Below, one piece after another: positions 13,854 to 27,062 of a stretch of DNA of 45,998 bases. A model generated the notes under the pieces. It was not told the origin of the DNA. It ran no database searches and saw only the letters and a list, made by a program, of their open reading frames with translations. Every line of letters begins with the position of its first letter. The first letter of the stretch is position 1. Source of the DNA: Octopus bimaculoides (taxonomy: Eukaryota); NCBI RefSeq assembly GCF_001194135.2, contig NC_068981.1, positions 82,294,389 through 82,340,386 of the forward strand, read 5' to 3'. The translations under genes were made by a program, and so were the position numbers.

Positions 13854-15244
13854 TGTGTGGGTTTGTATGTGTGATTGTGTGTAAGTGTTTTGCATATGTG
13901 TGTATGCTTGTGTAAGTGGGCTTGCGTGTAAGTGTGTTTTTGTGTGTGTGTACGTGTGTGTACCTGTGTGTTCAACGGCAATGTGAAGAAATTATCTACT
14001 CGCATCTGGACTAACAACAAAAGGGGGTAATTAGACAACAAAAAGAAAAACAGCAAGAAAATAACAACAACAATAGCAAGAACAAGAACAACAGTAATAT
14101 TAAAATAAATGAAGTTAAAAGCAAGGAGAAAAAGAACCGTTATCAGAGTGATGGACGCAGTTTCTCTGGAGATTCCACTGCCAACCTCTTTCCCTTCGCT
14201 CATATGCCACCATCATCACCGTGTCACATCCCTCCCGCCCTCACCCCTCTGGCAGTATCACCATCGCCACTTCTTTGTCGGTAAATTGTACCACAAAAGC
14301 CAGATTCAGCTTCTTCGTTTCCATACCAGCTGCCAGTATTCGTTTATTTTGCGCTGACGGAAGTAATGAAAGTGAAGGCTCTTGGGAAGATTTTGTTTCT
14401 TTCGCAGTCAGTACATTGAAATATAAGGTTTAACACGATTCACTTTGCTCGCTTTCGCAAAAAAAAACAAAAGACAAAAAAACAAAATAAAAACAAAATA
14501 AAAAAATGTAAAAAAAAATGAAAAATTCAATAAACAAATAAACAATAAAAAGAGAAAAGGCGATAGTGATGACGATGAAGACCATGTTGATGATGACGAT
14601 AATGATGTTGCTGCTGCTGCTGTTGCCACTGATAATGGTGATGTTGGTGAGAACGATGATGATGATGAAATAAAAGAAGGAACGTAAGAATAATGATAGG
14701 AGATGAAAATAGACAGGAGAATATGGAAAAAAAAAGACGTAAATAAAAAGGAATGAAAAAAAATTAAAGATAGATGTAGATGATAATAGTGATGATAATG
14801 ATGATGACAACGACGACAGCGACGACGGCGATTGTGATGATGATGATGATGATTATCTTGAAGAAAAAGAAGGGTCAAAAGCAACTATTCTGATCCATTT
14901 GTTTAGTCATTTATTTCGTCCTTTTTTTCTTTGTTTTTTTATATATTTTTTGTCGTTTATTTATTATTGTTGTTTCTGTTTTTTTTTTCTGGTTCTTTGA
15001 AGGATGATCTTACAAAAATGACAAGATGACCCCGGAAGCATCATTTAAAAGTGAAATGCAGTTTTTCTAAACGAGTCATGCAGTAAATATGAAAAAAGCA
15101 AACAACCCAGAAAGAGTTATACGTTTGTATATGTCTATGTATGTATGTATGTATTTATGCATGTCTGTCTGTATGTATGTATGTATGTATGTGTGTGTAT
15201 ATATATATATAAATATATATGCATATGTATATATGTATAAATAA

Positions 15245-15275
<31 letters not shown>

Positions 15276-15561
15276 AATGTATATATATATGTGTGGTGTG
15301 TGTGTGTGTATGTATACATATTCATATGATTATAAATAAATATGGTGTCTGTTTGCTTCTGTGCTCTATAAAATTGGAAATAATAAATTGAGACATTATT
15401 TTCAATGTCTTAGACATCTTAGAGATATCTTGGTAAATATTCTCTTGTGATTGACTCTAAAACATGCTATTCATGACGACCAGTTCTTTGGCTGACTTCT
15501 TGCTCTCATGGGTTCATACTACAGACAATACATAGTCGAGCATAATAAAATCGGTTAACAA

Positions 15562-15600
<39 letters not shown>

Positions 15601-16108
15601 NNNNNNNNNNNNNNNNNNNNNNNNNNNNNNNNNNNNNNNNNNNNNNNNNNNNNNNNNNNNNNNNNNNNNNNNNNNNNNNNNNNNNNNNNNNNNNNNNNNN
15701 NNNNNNNNNNNNNNNNNNNNNNNNNNNNNNNNNNNNNNNNNNNNNNNNNNNNNNNNNNNNNNNNNNNNNNNNNNNNNNNNNNNNNNNNNNNNNNNNNNNN
15801 NNNNNNNNNNNNNNNNNNNNNNNNNNNNNNNNNNNNNNNNNNNNNNNNNNNNNNNNNNNNNNNNNNNNNNNNNNNNNNNNNNNNNNNNNNNNNNNNNNNN
15901 NNNNNNNNNNNNNNNNNNNNNNNNNNNNNNNNNNNNNNNNNNNNNNNNNNNNNNNNNNNNNNNNNNNNNNNNNNNNNNNNNNNNNNNNNNNNNNNNNNNN
16001 NNNNNNNNNNNNNNNNNNNNNNNNNNNNNNNNNNNNNNNNNNNNNNNNNNNNNNNNNNNNNNNNNNNNNNNNNNNNNNNNNNNNNNNNNNNNNNNNNNNN
16101 NNNNNNNN

Positions 16109-16141
<33 letters not shown>

Positions 16142-16211
16142 GTGCCCGAGCGTGTAGTTTTGCCATGTGGTACCATATGTGTGTGTTTGGGTGCGTGTAT
16201 GAATACATTTG

Positions 16212-16470
16212 CCGACATGCCTGAATGGCTAAGATGTTCGCTTCACAGTCATGATGTAGGTTCGATACCAATGCGTGGCATGTTGGAGAAATTTCTTTAT
16301 CGTGAACTTACTGAATGAACCTGCGTAAAGGGAAACTGTAAAAGCCTGACGAATTGATTGTACCAATCATTCAAAACGTCCACACATGTCAGCCTGTGTC
16401 ATTGTGATTCTATATGATAAACGCATTAAGAACCGTTAAGCGGACACGTGACAATGAAATACGCCGCCCC
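16212..16470 (+). mobile_element. old tRNA-derived SINE (family-B-like head, different tail)
   Basis: A-box-like TGCCTGAATGG and B-box GGTTCGATACC, then GGAAACTGTAAAAGCCTGACG as in the family B middle. Confidence 0.6.
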
Positions 16471-16610
16471 TTCAAACGTTAGTAAATTAGTAGGTCTTCC
16501 CATTGATTGTAGAATTGGACACTTATACGTCTGAAGTGACGGGAGAGGCCACCATATACTTACATACACGCCTAAATATATGTGTGTATGTGTGTATATA
16601 TATATATATG

Positions 16611-16663
<53 letters not shown>

Positions 16664-16682
16664 CTATGTTTGTTCTATGTAT

Positions 16683-16810
16683 GACATTAAAGTACATCCG
16701 GTAGTGAGACTCCAGTGTACGAGTTCCGGAGTTGTGGGGAGCGTGGAGTCACCCTTCAGTTACCATCACTCCCAAGTCCGTTCTGACTTGTCAGGGTCCC
16801 TCAGTATGTA
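16683..16810 (-). mobile_element. degenerate interspersed repeat fragment (family D)
   Basis: Minus strand GTCAGAACGGACTTGGGAGTGATGGTAACTGAAGGGTGACTCC...CTGGAGTCTCAC resembles a recalled common octopus repeat; a related fragment lies near 31020-31060 (+). Confidence 0.4.
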
Positions 16811-17449
16811 GAAGAGGGTCCGTTATTTCTGTCAAAGCCGTGAAGAAGGCAGCTCTTCTTGGAGAAAGATATTCTTTGATATAACTCTTGCCGTCAAAAT
16901 AATACCAGCAATCTTGCATTGCTTGTCACTGGAATTACTATGGCAACTGAATGAGTGGCAAAAGTTTTTTTACAAGCTTTTGTAACCCAATGACGTACAA
17001 ACGTATCACTATCACTTCCTTTCTTGTTCTGTTTCGTAATTTATAAAATCCGATGACTATGGACGCGTTATGACGTGTGAAGTCATATCCGCACAAATGC
17101 AAGGATCAAAGTGAATTAGAACAATCAAGTTGAATGTGAGAGCGTCTATTATCTACGATGAGACAATCACATACGTGACCTTTGCGCCTTTGTATAGGAT
17201 ACAAAACAAAATCAATACACGACAGAAGAATTACAATGGATCTTTGTATATTTGTATGTGTCTAAAGCGTTTAAAGAGAAATAGCGCAAGTAGATATCTA
17301 CTATTGCATTCATTTTCTCTCCTCCTGAGTTTCTTCATATATGATGTGAGTGAGTAGTAGACTTCTTCCACTTCTGTTCCTGACATTGTAGCTCTCTTGT
17401 AAAGGGATTCAATAAAATTTTTATTCGGGAACAGATGGATATGGCGTTC

Positions 17450-18365
17450 AAGATGCGCTGGTGAGTTTGAGAGGTCCAAAACATAAAAGAAGACGGTATA
17501 TCACTTGCTAGTAGCTGTCCTAAAATTAGAGGGTGTCAATCTTGTCATCAAAGGCTGCATTGCTACAATGAGTAACGGCATCTCTTCGGTGGTCAAACTA
17601 AACGACCACTTCTCGGAACCGTTTAGCCTGGAAAGTACAGGAGAAAAAAGAAGGAACATCCGTCAAGGATGTGGATGTTCCTTCGCATTTTTCCTGTATA
17701 GTTTAACTTTGAAGTCTTTGCTCTGCAGGATGGAGACATTTTGGGATATCGCGTTCAAACTGGATCACAAGAGAGCTGTATAAGCAAATGCTGAAAATGT
17801 CACTATCATGGTGTTTGACACTTTGGACATAGACGCGGTCGATAATATAATGAAAGAATATCTTGATTATAAAGGTATGCGCGTCAGCCGTAGCATGTAG
17901 GTGGGCTTGCAGCTTGGCAGTAGGAGCGGTGTATCTCGTTGGCCAATGTCGAATTATGTTCTTCGATCTAGAACCTATTAAAGGTGCTGGGGTTCTGATT
18001 GTGATCAGGCCTCTCGGTAGATATTAACTGAGATGAAATCACGAGCAGTGTGGTCTGTTCTACTAAGAAAAAAAATGGGCCTAGAATTCATTCCTGAAAG
18101 ACTAAATGGAAGTAACTAATGTCTACATCACTTCTATAGGGTACTATTGCCCGATCACGGTGCGGCAATCCTTCCCGTAGCATTTTTAGACAACCGAGCT
18201 ACAATTATAAGTCAAGCGTAGGCCGAGATCGGGCGTTTGGCATCTACAATTTTGCTAGTCTTTCGTAACAATCAACTAGTTGGACAATACCATCGGTGAT
18301 AATAAACCCCCTGAAATTTTTATAGCGGGTTTTTGAAGGTCATGACTATGGTTTGGGAATGACGC
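17450..18365 (+). pseudogene. decayed L1/Tx1-type LINE reverse transcriptase region
   Basis: Colinear motifs across stops and frameshifts: DALVSL/ERSKT*KKTVYHLLVAVLK (~GALINLDQSKAFDRVDHRYL), KLNDHFSEPFSLE, RQGC (17661), ANAENVT for SAYADDVT (17784), VGLQLG, EVTNVYITSIGYY, GLGM (18350). Confidence 0.8.
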
Positions 18366-19742
18366 CGGGCGTTCACGAATATAGTGTAAGAGCCTTTTCT
18401 GGAGGATAATCGAATTACAGAGTCAGATCAACATCCAAAAGTCCAAGACATGTCAGTGCTACAGAGGATAAAATTTACCGAATCGGGACAACCTCTACAT
18501 TATGTGAGTTCCGAGATGGACGCAGGGACAAAAGCCGTCCTGTGCGCGTCCTTTCATTGCCCATGCATTGGTCTTGAAGGCTTGTGTCGAAAAGTTGATG
18601 CTGCATATAGTATGAATCCGGTTGGTTACGGAGACTGTTGTGAAAATTGATGCGCCAGCACCACCAGCACCAGCACCAGCACCAGCACCACCACCATCCT
18701 CCTTCTCCTCCTCCTCCTCCTCCTCCTCATCATCATCATCATCATTCCCCCCACCATTATCAGTGCCACAGCACCAACAAGACCATCACCTTCAAGACCA
18801 TCCCATCACCAGCAGGAGCAACAGCAGTAACACCACCGCCACCACCACCACCNNNNNNNNNNNNNNNNNNNNNNNNNNNNNNNNNNNNNNNNNNNNNNNN
18901 NNNNNNNNNNNNNNNNNNNNNNNNNNNNNNNNNNNNNNNNNNNNNNNNNNNNNNNNNNNNNNNNNNNNNNNNNNNNNNNNNNNNNNNNNNNNNNNNNNNN
19001 NNNNNNNNNNNNNNNNNNNNNNNNNNNNNNNNNNNNNNNNNNNNNNNNNNNNNNNNNNNNNNNNNNNNNNNNNNNNNNNNNNNNCCGCCGCCGCCGCCAC
19101 CACCACCGCCACCACCATAGCTAGTATTATATAACAACAAAAGCAACAACAACTGTAATAATGTATCGATGCTGCTTATTACTTTTAGACTATTATCTAG
19201 TTACACAACTCTAGTTAGACAATAAATTGAAATCGTTGACGTCATGTAAGAAACGTAGTATATACAGATTCCCTGAAAATAATTAAACATTGAGAATCTT
19301 CCAGTACATTTCACACCTCTTTCCTCATTTAAAAAAAAAATTCTCAAGTTACGTAAAATCTCCCGTGGAGCTGGAGACATACCTGAATTTTCAAAAAGAA
19401 GTGCTAGTTAGCTTAAAAAATGTCAATAAAAAATTTTTAAAAAGAGCTGAATCACAAATAAAAGAAATAATAAAATTAAGAAAACAAATGACAACGACCC
19501 ATTTACACCGTATCAGAGAAAAGAAGAAAAACAAACAAAAAATGAAGAAGAAAAAAACAAAGAAAAAAGAAGGAACGAAGGGACATTTCTTATCAGTAGC
19601 TCAATTCTTCATCACTGCTAGCTATATTGAAATTACATATGTATGAATGAAATATAAATAAAGGAAATAAAATATTATATATATATAGCAACAATTACAG
19701 AAACAACACTGACACAGACAATATGATAATGATAATGATAAA

Positions 19743-19795
<53 letters not shown>

Positions 19796-20036
19796 CAGTA
19801 ATAATAATGATTTCAATAATAATAATAACAAGACTCGTTGGGAGATGACATGTGAAAGGACAGTGTGCAGCTCATTGGGAGTTTTACATAATATTTCTGT
19901 TTAGCCACAGGAAAAGACAACTCTAAATTTCATTACAAATAAATGAACATTTGTAAACACACAAACACATGCACACACATACACACGCACACAGACACAA
20001 ACACAAACACACATATATACATGTATGCACGTATGC

Positions 20037-20082
<46 letters not shown>

Positions 20083-20339
20083 GTACGTACATACATAGAA
20101 ACGTCTCTACATTAATACATAGATACATTCACTATCACGACGCAAATTAAATAAGAGAAATGAAAATGCACAACGCTTGTATGTGATGAGACAATAATAA
20201 CACTAATAACAAGAAGTATAGGAATGGTGGTAATCATATTGCTGAGGAAAATGGTGATGGTGACAATGAAGATGACGGCGATGATGATCGTGATAATGCT
20301 GCTGCTGTTGCTACTGCTAATGATGCTGATGTTGTTGTT

Positions 20340-20347
20340 GATGATGA

Positions 20348-20410
<63 letters not shown>

Positions 20411-20466
20411 GTGACGGTGATGATGATGGTGACGAGATCAACGCCGGCGAAGATGATTATGATGAA

Positions 20467-20498
<32 letters not shown>

Positions 20499-20590
20499 CA
20501 ATGCTGATGACAATGACGACGACAGTGATGATGATGATGATTATGAGGATGAGGATGAGGATGACGGTGACGATGAAGAGGAAGATGAGG
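20340..20590. repeat. (GAT)n tract grading into GAC/GAG/GAA triplets
   Basis: Direct reading. Confidence 0.95.
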
Positions 20591-20791
20591 AGGATCAAGC
20601 CAAGTCGAGAACAATCAGAGTAAAAATAATCATAAAAAAAAACAAAAACAAAAAACAATGATTAACAATTTTCAAAAAGAACAAAAGAGCAGCAACAAAA
20701 GACACGCCAATAATAATGAAGGTGATAATAATACTTAATAACAAAAAATAGAAAAAAGAAACAAATAACAAAAAAAGATATAAATAACCCC

Positions 20792-20854
<63 letters not shown>

Positions 20855-20855
20855 G

Positions 20856-20937
<82 letters not shown>

Positions 20938-20940
20938 TAA
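20792..20940. repeat. (TAA)n microsatellite
   Basis: Direct reading. Confidence 0.97.
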
Positions 20941-21145
20941 TTAGTGATTTCGTAATATACATATTAAGAAATTAGGTACGCCGTCCCATAGGACAGATGT
21001 TACGTATCATGTTTTCTTTTTTCTTTTTGTGCATTAGCCATTTAAGTGTACGACTGAATGCTGGAGGGGGCTTCTATTTCTGAGCAACTTATACATGAAT
21101 ACACACGCAAGCATTTATAAACACACATACTTAAATACCTATCTG

Positions 21146-21210
<65 letters not shown>

Positions 21211-22166
21211 TTATCTATATTCATGTACATATACATATATTTGTATATATGTATGTGTGTGCATGTGTATATAAATATATATATGTAGACACATATATAC
21301 ATATATATATGAATACATTTATACACTCATACATGCTCCTGATATATTATATATATACTATATAGATATATATGTATGTAATATATATGTGATAAAATAT
21401 ATGCATATATTATATATATATATATATTCATACATATATGTATACGTTCATACATATGTATATAGACACACACATACACACACACATGAACACACAAGCT
21501 TTTTCTTACACGTTTGGTTAATTGCAATTTTCTTTTTACTTAATATTTTACTTGCATTTTCATCAGCTGTTCTTACGTTGAAATTTCTGTAGCAGAGAGA
21601 AATAATGAGAATATATAAACAAATATTATAATGTGTTATCATTGTTGTTCTGTGTCACATATCAGGTTTCCTGTAATATTTTATTTTCTATTTCTCTTAG
21701 AATTTCTTTCTTGTTTCAAATATGTGTCCTTAAAACATTTATGAGAGAGTAGCAGGTAATATTAGCAGCCAATTTGGGATTAATTTGTCTTTACTCTAAG
21801 GAAGAAATAAGAAGGAAAAAAATGTGATTCGATGTATATGTTTTACATTTAGACTTCTACTTGTGCAGCTACATACGAGGATTACTTATAAAAAGTATAC
21901 CATACGTATATATATATATATATTATTTTGCTTAAAAGAGTTCCAACACTGTCTGTTTTTTATGTTTTATTTATATTCCTGCAGAACTAATGTGGGGTAT
22001 AGAATATGGAATATACAATATATAATATAATATACAATATATAATATAAAATAAAATAAAAATGGATGGCACCATGAAATAAGGTATTGAATGTAGATGA
22101 AATATTGAGTGTTCAATATAAAGGATCAAATATATAAATATATAAATATAAATATATATATATAAA

Positions 22167-22206
22167 GGCGACTCGAGTTTCAGGGCTATTTCCCTTCGTC
22201 ATGGCC
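22167..22206 (-). ncRNA. minimal type I hammerhead ribozyme motif of Penelope-like-element type, one core lesion
   Basis: Minus strand: GGC C(A)UGACGA AGGG-AAAUAG-CCCU GAAAC-UCGA-GUC GCC. Stem I GGC/GCC, stem II AGGG/CCCU, palindromic stem III ACUCGAGU, GUC triplet at 22172-22170. Confidence 0.65.
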
Positions 22207-22986
22207 GGTATGACAGTGTGTGTGTATATATGTATATATATATATACGATTGTGGAATATATTCGATATAAGAGCATTTTTTAATTACCGCTCTTGAAAT
22301 AGGTTTCCAGATTTTCTTCGTTGAGCGTCAGGGCAAACGATTAAAGAAAAAGCTAACTGCTCTCTGTGTTAAAAATTATCGATTATATTGCTGGTGAACA
22401 CATAGACTCATTTGATACTAATTATTGGGTAACTAGTACTTTCTATATATAACTACTATTACTCTTCAAGAACATCAAAGAAAAATCTGAAGAAAACGTA
22501 GTAATGAAATTACTAAACAGAAGCAACGCAGTTAGAAAACAAATCTTGAAGAATATGCTCACACTCCCAGCTGCCATATTGAAAAGTGAGCCACGATAAT
22601 AAAACGGTATTGGAAGTAATGAATTTGCACCTCACCAATTATATCTAATAAAACAAGTAAAACACTACGGCGTTTCTTTACGTCAACGCACGCACTCAGT
22701 ATGCTGAGCGAAAAATTTCATTATAGTAGAAAAATATTTGAGCGAGCCATTAATGGACTAGAACTTTGCTTCCAAGTCACAGGCATTATATCGGGAACAA
22801 GGAAGAATAACACTACAATGAAGAGACCACTTTCTCAGAAAGATATTCAATTAATCTGGTCTTAGATCTGGAACGAAAAAAGAGATTTCAACCAGAATGC
22901 ATCTTTGCTAAGTATAATTAAGAAAGGATATTGTAGGAATATTGTTATGTCTCAAACTACTGCTATCTAGCACCTTCGGATGATCT

Positions 22987-23052
22987 CTACTCAACCGCTA
23001 CACAACTGCTACTCGACTGCTACTCAACAGCTAATCGACATCTACTCAACAC
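22987..23052. repeat. 11-bp minisatellite, 6 units (CTACTCAACNG-like)
   Basis: Units ctactcaaccg, ctacacaactg, ctactcgactg, ctactcaacag, ctaatcgacat, ctactcaacac. Confidence 0.85.
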
Positions 23053-23572
23053 ACCTACCACGGCCAGACTACATCTATTTATATGTCTTGGGAGATCCTA
23101 CTTCTTCGCCTGGGGGCGTCGACACAACAAATATCAACAATAAAATATGTACAACCGTCCTTTAAACTTTCTGATAGTTGTAGCAAAATGCAAAATGAAT
23201 AGACTTCTGGTGGAGTATCTACTATTTGAGTTACCCCAATTTAATAATCTATAACTCTTCAGAGAAATTTCGAGAGCATGATGTATTTTCTTACTGGTTT
23301 CGGTAATTCAGAGAAGACAAGTACGCGCGTAGTTCTAATAAATCAAGATTGTTTACCACAAATTGTAGAAGAGAGAGAAATATGTTCTGTCACAGTAATG
23401 CAAACAATAACTATTGTTTTCTGTTTGAAAGAGTCTGACATTCTACAGAAAGCTATTTATACGTATATTCAGAAAAATTATGGAAGGCCTGATTGACATA
23501 CCAAGTTGGTTTATTATAACACGGATGAATTTTGTTACGAAAACTGCTGGAAGAAAGAACTAGGCCCTTTAT

Positions 23573-23645
23573 TTACTCTTATTCTTTTACTCTTTTACTT
23601 GTTTCAGTCATTTGACTGCGGCCATGCTGGGGCACCACCTTTTAG
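23573..23645 (-). mobile_element. SINE family B 3' fragment inserted into the R4/Dong RT relic
   Basis: Near-identical to 7741-7805; lies between the NYRP relic and NIMHK. Confidence 0.85.
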
Positions 23646-24352
23646 CCCAAATATTATGCACAAGCCTTGCACAGGGTGTGTCAAACTTTTCGTCCAATGT
23701 CACTGTGAGTCCAATAGCATAATGGTTGACGAGTACGCACGTGGGAAGAAGGGAGTATGGGGATATGCCAAACAACATTTGATGAACAAAGCGGTGCTGA
23801 TCAAAGTAAGAAAAATAGTTTTGTGATTGTATGACTTGATTATAGGAAAACATCCGATTCTATTGCATACTCATGGTTGCTGAAGTCTCTGCACTTGACA
23901 AAAAACTTGATATCTTAGTCGCTCCCATTGAAAGGATTATAAAGATCTGGGGAAAAATTGAGAGTGAAACGATCATCTTCGTTGTTTTAAAAATTTTAAA
24001 GGCAATATCCCAAGGAGATAATCTACTTTCTAGCATCTTATCCGTTATCCTTTCTTTTACAAATATCCAGTGGCTATTTACTAGGGTGTGCGAATAGAAG
24101 AGGTACCAATGTAATCCATAATTTCTTTGTGGATGATCTGAAGAGCTATGCTGAAAATGTTTACAGGGACACATACACCCGCGAAAAAAGAAAAGAAAGA
24201 AAAATAAACCTAAAGTTAATAAAAGTTTATAACATTTTTAACCGACCCCCAAAAACTATCCTGAGATAAATATAGAGATTCCTTGCTACTGAATATATAT
24301 GTGAACACCAGCATAAGAAATGCAGATGGAACACACACATCAAATCTTCATT

Positions 24353-24430
24353 TATAAAGCATTGGTTGACCCATGGATATAGTATAAGACACTTGCCTCA
24401 GAGGCAACAGCATTGTGAAGTAAATACGAA
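24353..24430 (-). mobile_element. degenerate SINE family B head/middle fragment
   Basis: AAAGCATTGGTTGACCCATGGATATAGTATAAGACACTTGCC aligns with AAGGCTTTGGTCAGCCCGAGGCTATAGCAGAAGACACTTACC at 32958-32999. Confidence 0.55.
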
Positions 24431-24523
24431 ACCTAGCTCTACTTATATCTCTGTGTATGTGTGCGCCTCTGTGTGTGCGTTTCTGTGTTTCTGTGTGTGT
24501 GCGTGCGTGAGTATGTGTGTGTT

Positions 24524-24646
<123 letters not shown>

Positions 24647-25960
24647 ATTGAAAGTATGTTTTAAGCATGAAATTTGACGAGGCCAAATTTTTATTGACAG
24701 AAATTCGAAGTCACTATTACTAGATATAATAAAGTACATAAATCTTGAACAGTACAAAGAGATACGATTTAATGCTACTCTGATGAAGAGCCACTTCGAC
24801 ATATTCAACTTATTGTGTGATCCTTCACACGGAATCATTTACAAGCTACGTGGATGGAAAGTGGCACAGAAACAATTGTAACGTATATTGAAATTGTGCT
24901 CATTTCATTCTTCGCCTTTTTATACATAAGATGTAGGTATTTATGTCTGCATATATATGTAAATACATACATATACATACATGTATGTACGTGTATGTGA
25001 GCGTGTCTGAGTGTGCATGCGTATATGTTTGTGAGTGTGTGTGTGTGCGCGTGTGTGTGTGTGTATTTGTGTTTGTGTGTATTTGTGTTTGTGTTTGTGT
25101 GTATGTGTACGTAATTAATTATAAACATACGCATATATACCGACAAACGAAATCAAGCAAACAATTAACAGAAGCACGCACAAACAAGGTATCCACTCAA
25201 ACACACATAGACGTACATACATACGTATAAGCAAAGGCAAAGCAGAAAACATAACACAGACAGTCAGACTGACACACAAACACACACATACACGCGTGCG
25301 CGCGTTAGTAAGTTTCTGCTAAATGATATGTGTCAAAGAAACGCTACCGAACAGTAATCGCTTGATCCATCCCATTTACCTCCTTGGATCTTCACCTAAG
25401 AAGACACCTCATAATAGAGCGGAGCCGGCTTAGATAAATACAATAATTTCACTTCAATTTAAACAAGCTTTCATCTTAATACTTTTCTTCTTTAAAATGT
25501 AGCCCGAGGCGGGGAAATTCTGTCAATGCTTTTGACACAAAACGCTCACCACAAAGACTAGGGTTGGGGCAGAGGAAGAGTGAAAAAAAGAGAAGAAAGT
25601 GAAAGTGTGTATGTTTGTGTGTGTGTGTATTTATGCGTGGGGATGGGGGACTGACACCGGGATCAGCAGTACAATGGCGGATATTAGAAACAGACTGGCG
25701 TTGGTGACGACGGCGAGATATTGTGTGCAGTGGTACAGGCGGTGGCGGTGGCGGTGATGTGTGTACGATGGATGGATGTGTAATTGGTGGCGGTGTTGGA
25801 TGTGGATGTAAATGGATTTAGCACTTCCTGCTCCGGAAGGCCTTATCCTGTCTTCAGGTGTGAGCTTGTATGTATATATGCATGAATGTTTGTGTGGATG
25901 GAAGCATATCATATGCATACATACATATACATATACATACATACATAATACACACACATT

Positions 25961-25997
<37 letters not shown>

Positions 25998-26069
25998 ATG
26001 AATATATATATGTATGTGTATGATATGTGTTTGTATACACGTTTATATACGCACAAACGCATATATATG

Positions 26070-26102
<33 letters not shown>

Positions 26103-26826
26103 NNNNNNNNNNNNNNNNNNNNNNNNNNNNNNNNNNNNNNNNNNNNNNNNNNNNNNNNNNNNNNNNNNNNNNNNNNNNNNNNNNNNNNNNNNNNNNNNNN
26201 NNNNNNNNNNNNNNNNNNNNNNNNNNNNNNNNNNNNNNNNNNNNNNNNNNNNNNNNNNNNNNNNNNNNNNNNNNNNNNNNNNNNNNNNNNNNNNNNNNNN
26301 NNNNNNNNNNNNNNNNNNNNNNNNNNNNNNNNNNNNNNNNNNNNNNNNNNNNNNNNNNNNNNNNNNNNNNNNNNNNNNNNNNNNNNNNNNNNNNNNNNNN
26401 NNNNNNNNNNNNNNNNNNNNNNNNNNATATATATATATATATATATAAACGTACATACGTACATATGTGTCTGCATGTTTGTGGGCGAATATGTGCTTGT
26501 GCGTTTGTGTGTTATCTGTTCTGTGTATGCATAGGAAAAATGAAAACCAGAGGAAGAGAAAGAATAGAGATGAAAAAGAACAGGTTATAAGAGATTTATA
26601 GATAGATGCATCTGTCGAATGGCGTTTGGGAACGAGAAATGGAAATGATGATGACGAGGGGGGAAATGAGGGAGATCCGTAATAGAGGGGCGAGTACATA
26701 TCGAAGGTGTGATGTTGATAATGATGAAGAGGTAAGGGCTGGCAGTGCGACATAACGTAGAGCAAGTATATAATAGCCGTAGCAATGGTAGGAATGATAA
26801 CAGCAACAGCAGCTGCAGCAGCAGTG

Positions 26827-26874
<48 letters not shown>

Positions 26875-26879
26875 TTACA

Positions 26880-26912
<33 letters not shown>

Positions 26913-26949
26913 AGTAATAATGATAATAATAATAATAATAATAATAATG

Positions 26950-26985
<36 letters not shown>

Positions 26986-27035
26986 TTAATAATAATAATA
27001 ATGATAATAATAATAATAGTAATAATAATAATAAC
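26913..27035. repeat. (TAA)n tract immediately 5' of the Dong-like fragment
   Basis: Direct reading. Confidence 0.95.
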
Positions 27036-27062
27036 ATAATGAAATAATAACATATAATAAAA

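Larger units (their letters stand above)
22836..24158 (+). pseudogene. heavily decayed R4/Dong-type (restriction-like-endonuclease class) LINE RT region
   Basis: Colinear relics: LIWS*IWNEKRDFNQNAS (22836-), FCLK (~NFWLK), IPSWF, frameshifted NYRP (~23558), HCESNSIMVDEYARGKKGVWG..QHLMNKAVL, *LDYRKTSDSIAYSWLLKSL (23832-), AISQGD (24011), NFFVDDLKSYA (24123-). Confidence 0.8.

Noticed and set aside
22987-23052. CRISPR-like array here or at 45556-45688
   Set aside because: Tandem units without unique spacers, eukaryotic context, no cas genes.
24775-24812. CUGAUGA-AGAGCCACUUC-GAC-AUAU-UC decayed hammerhead
   Set aside because: Lacks GAAA, the GUH triplet and stem I; it needs too many assumed mutations.
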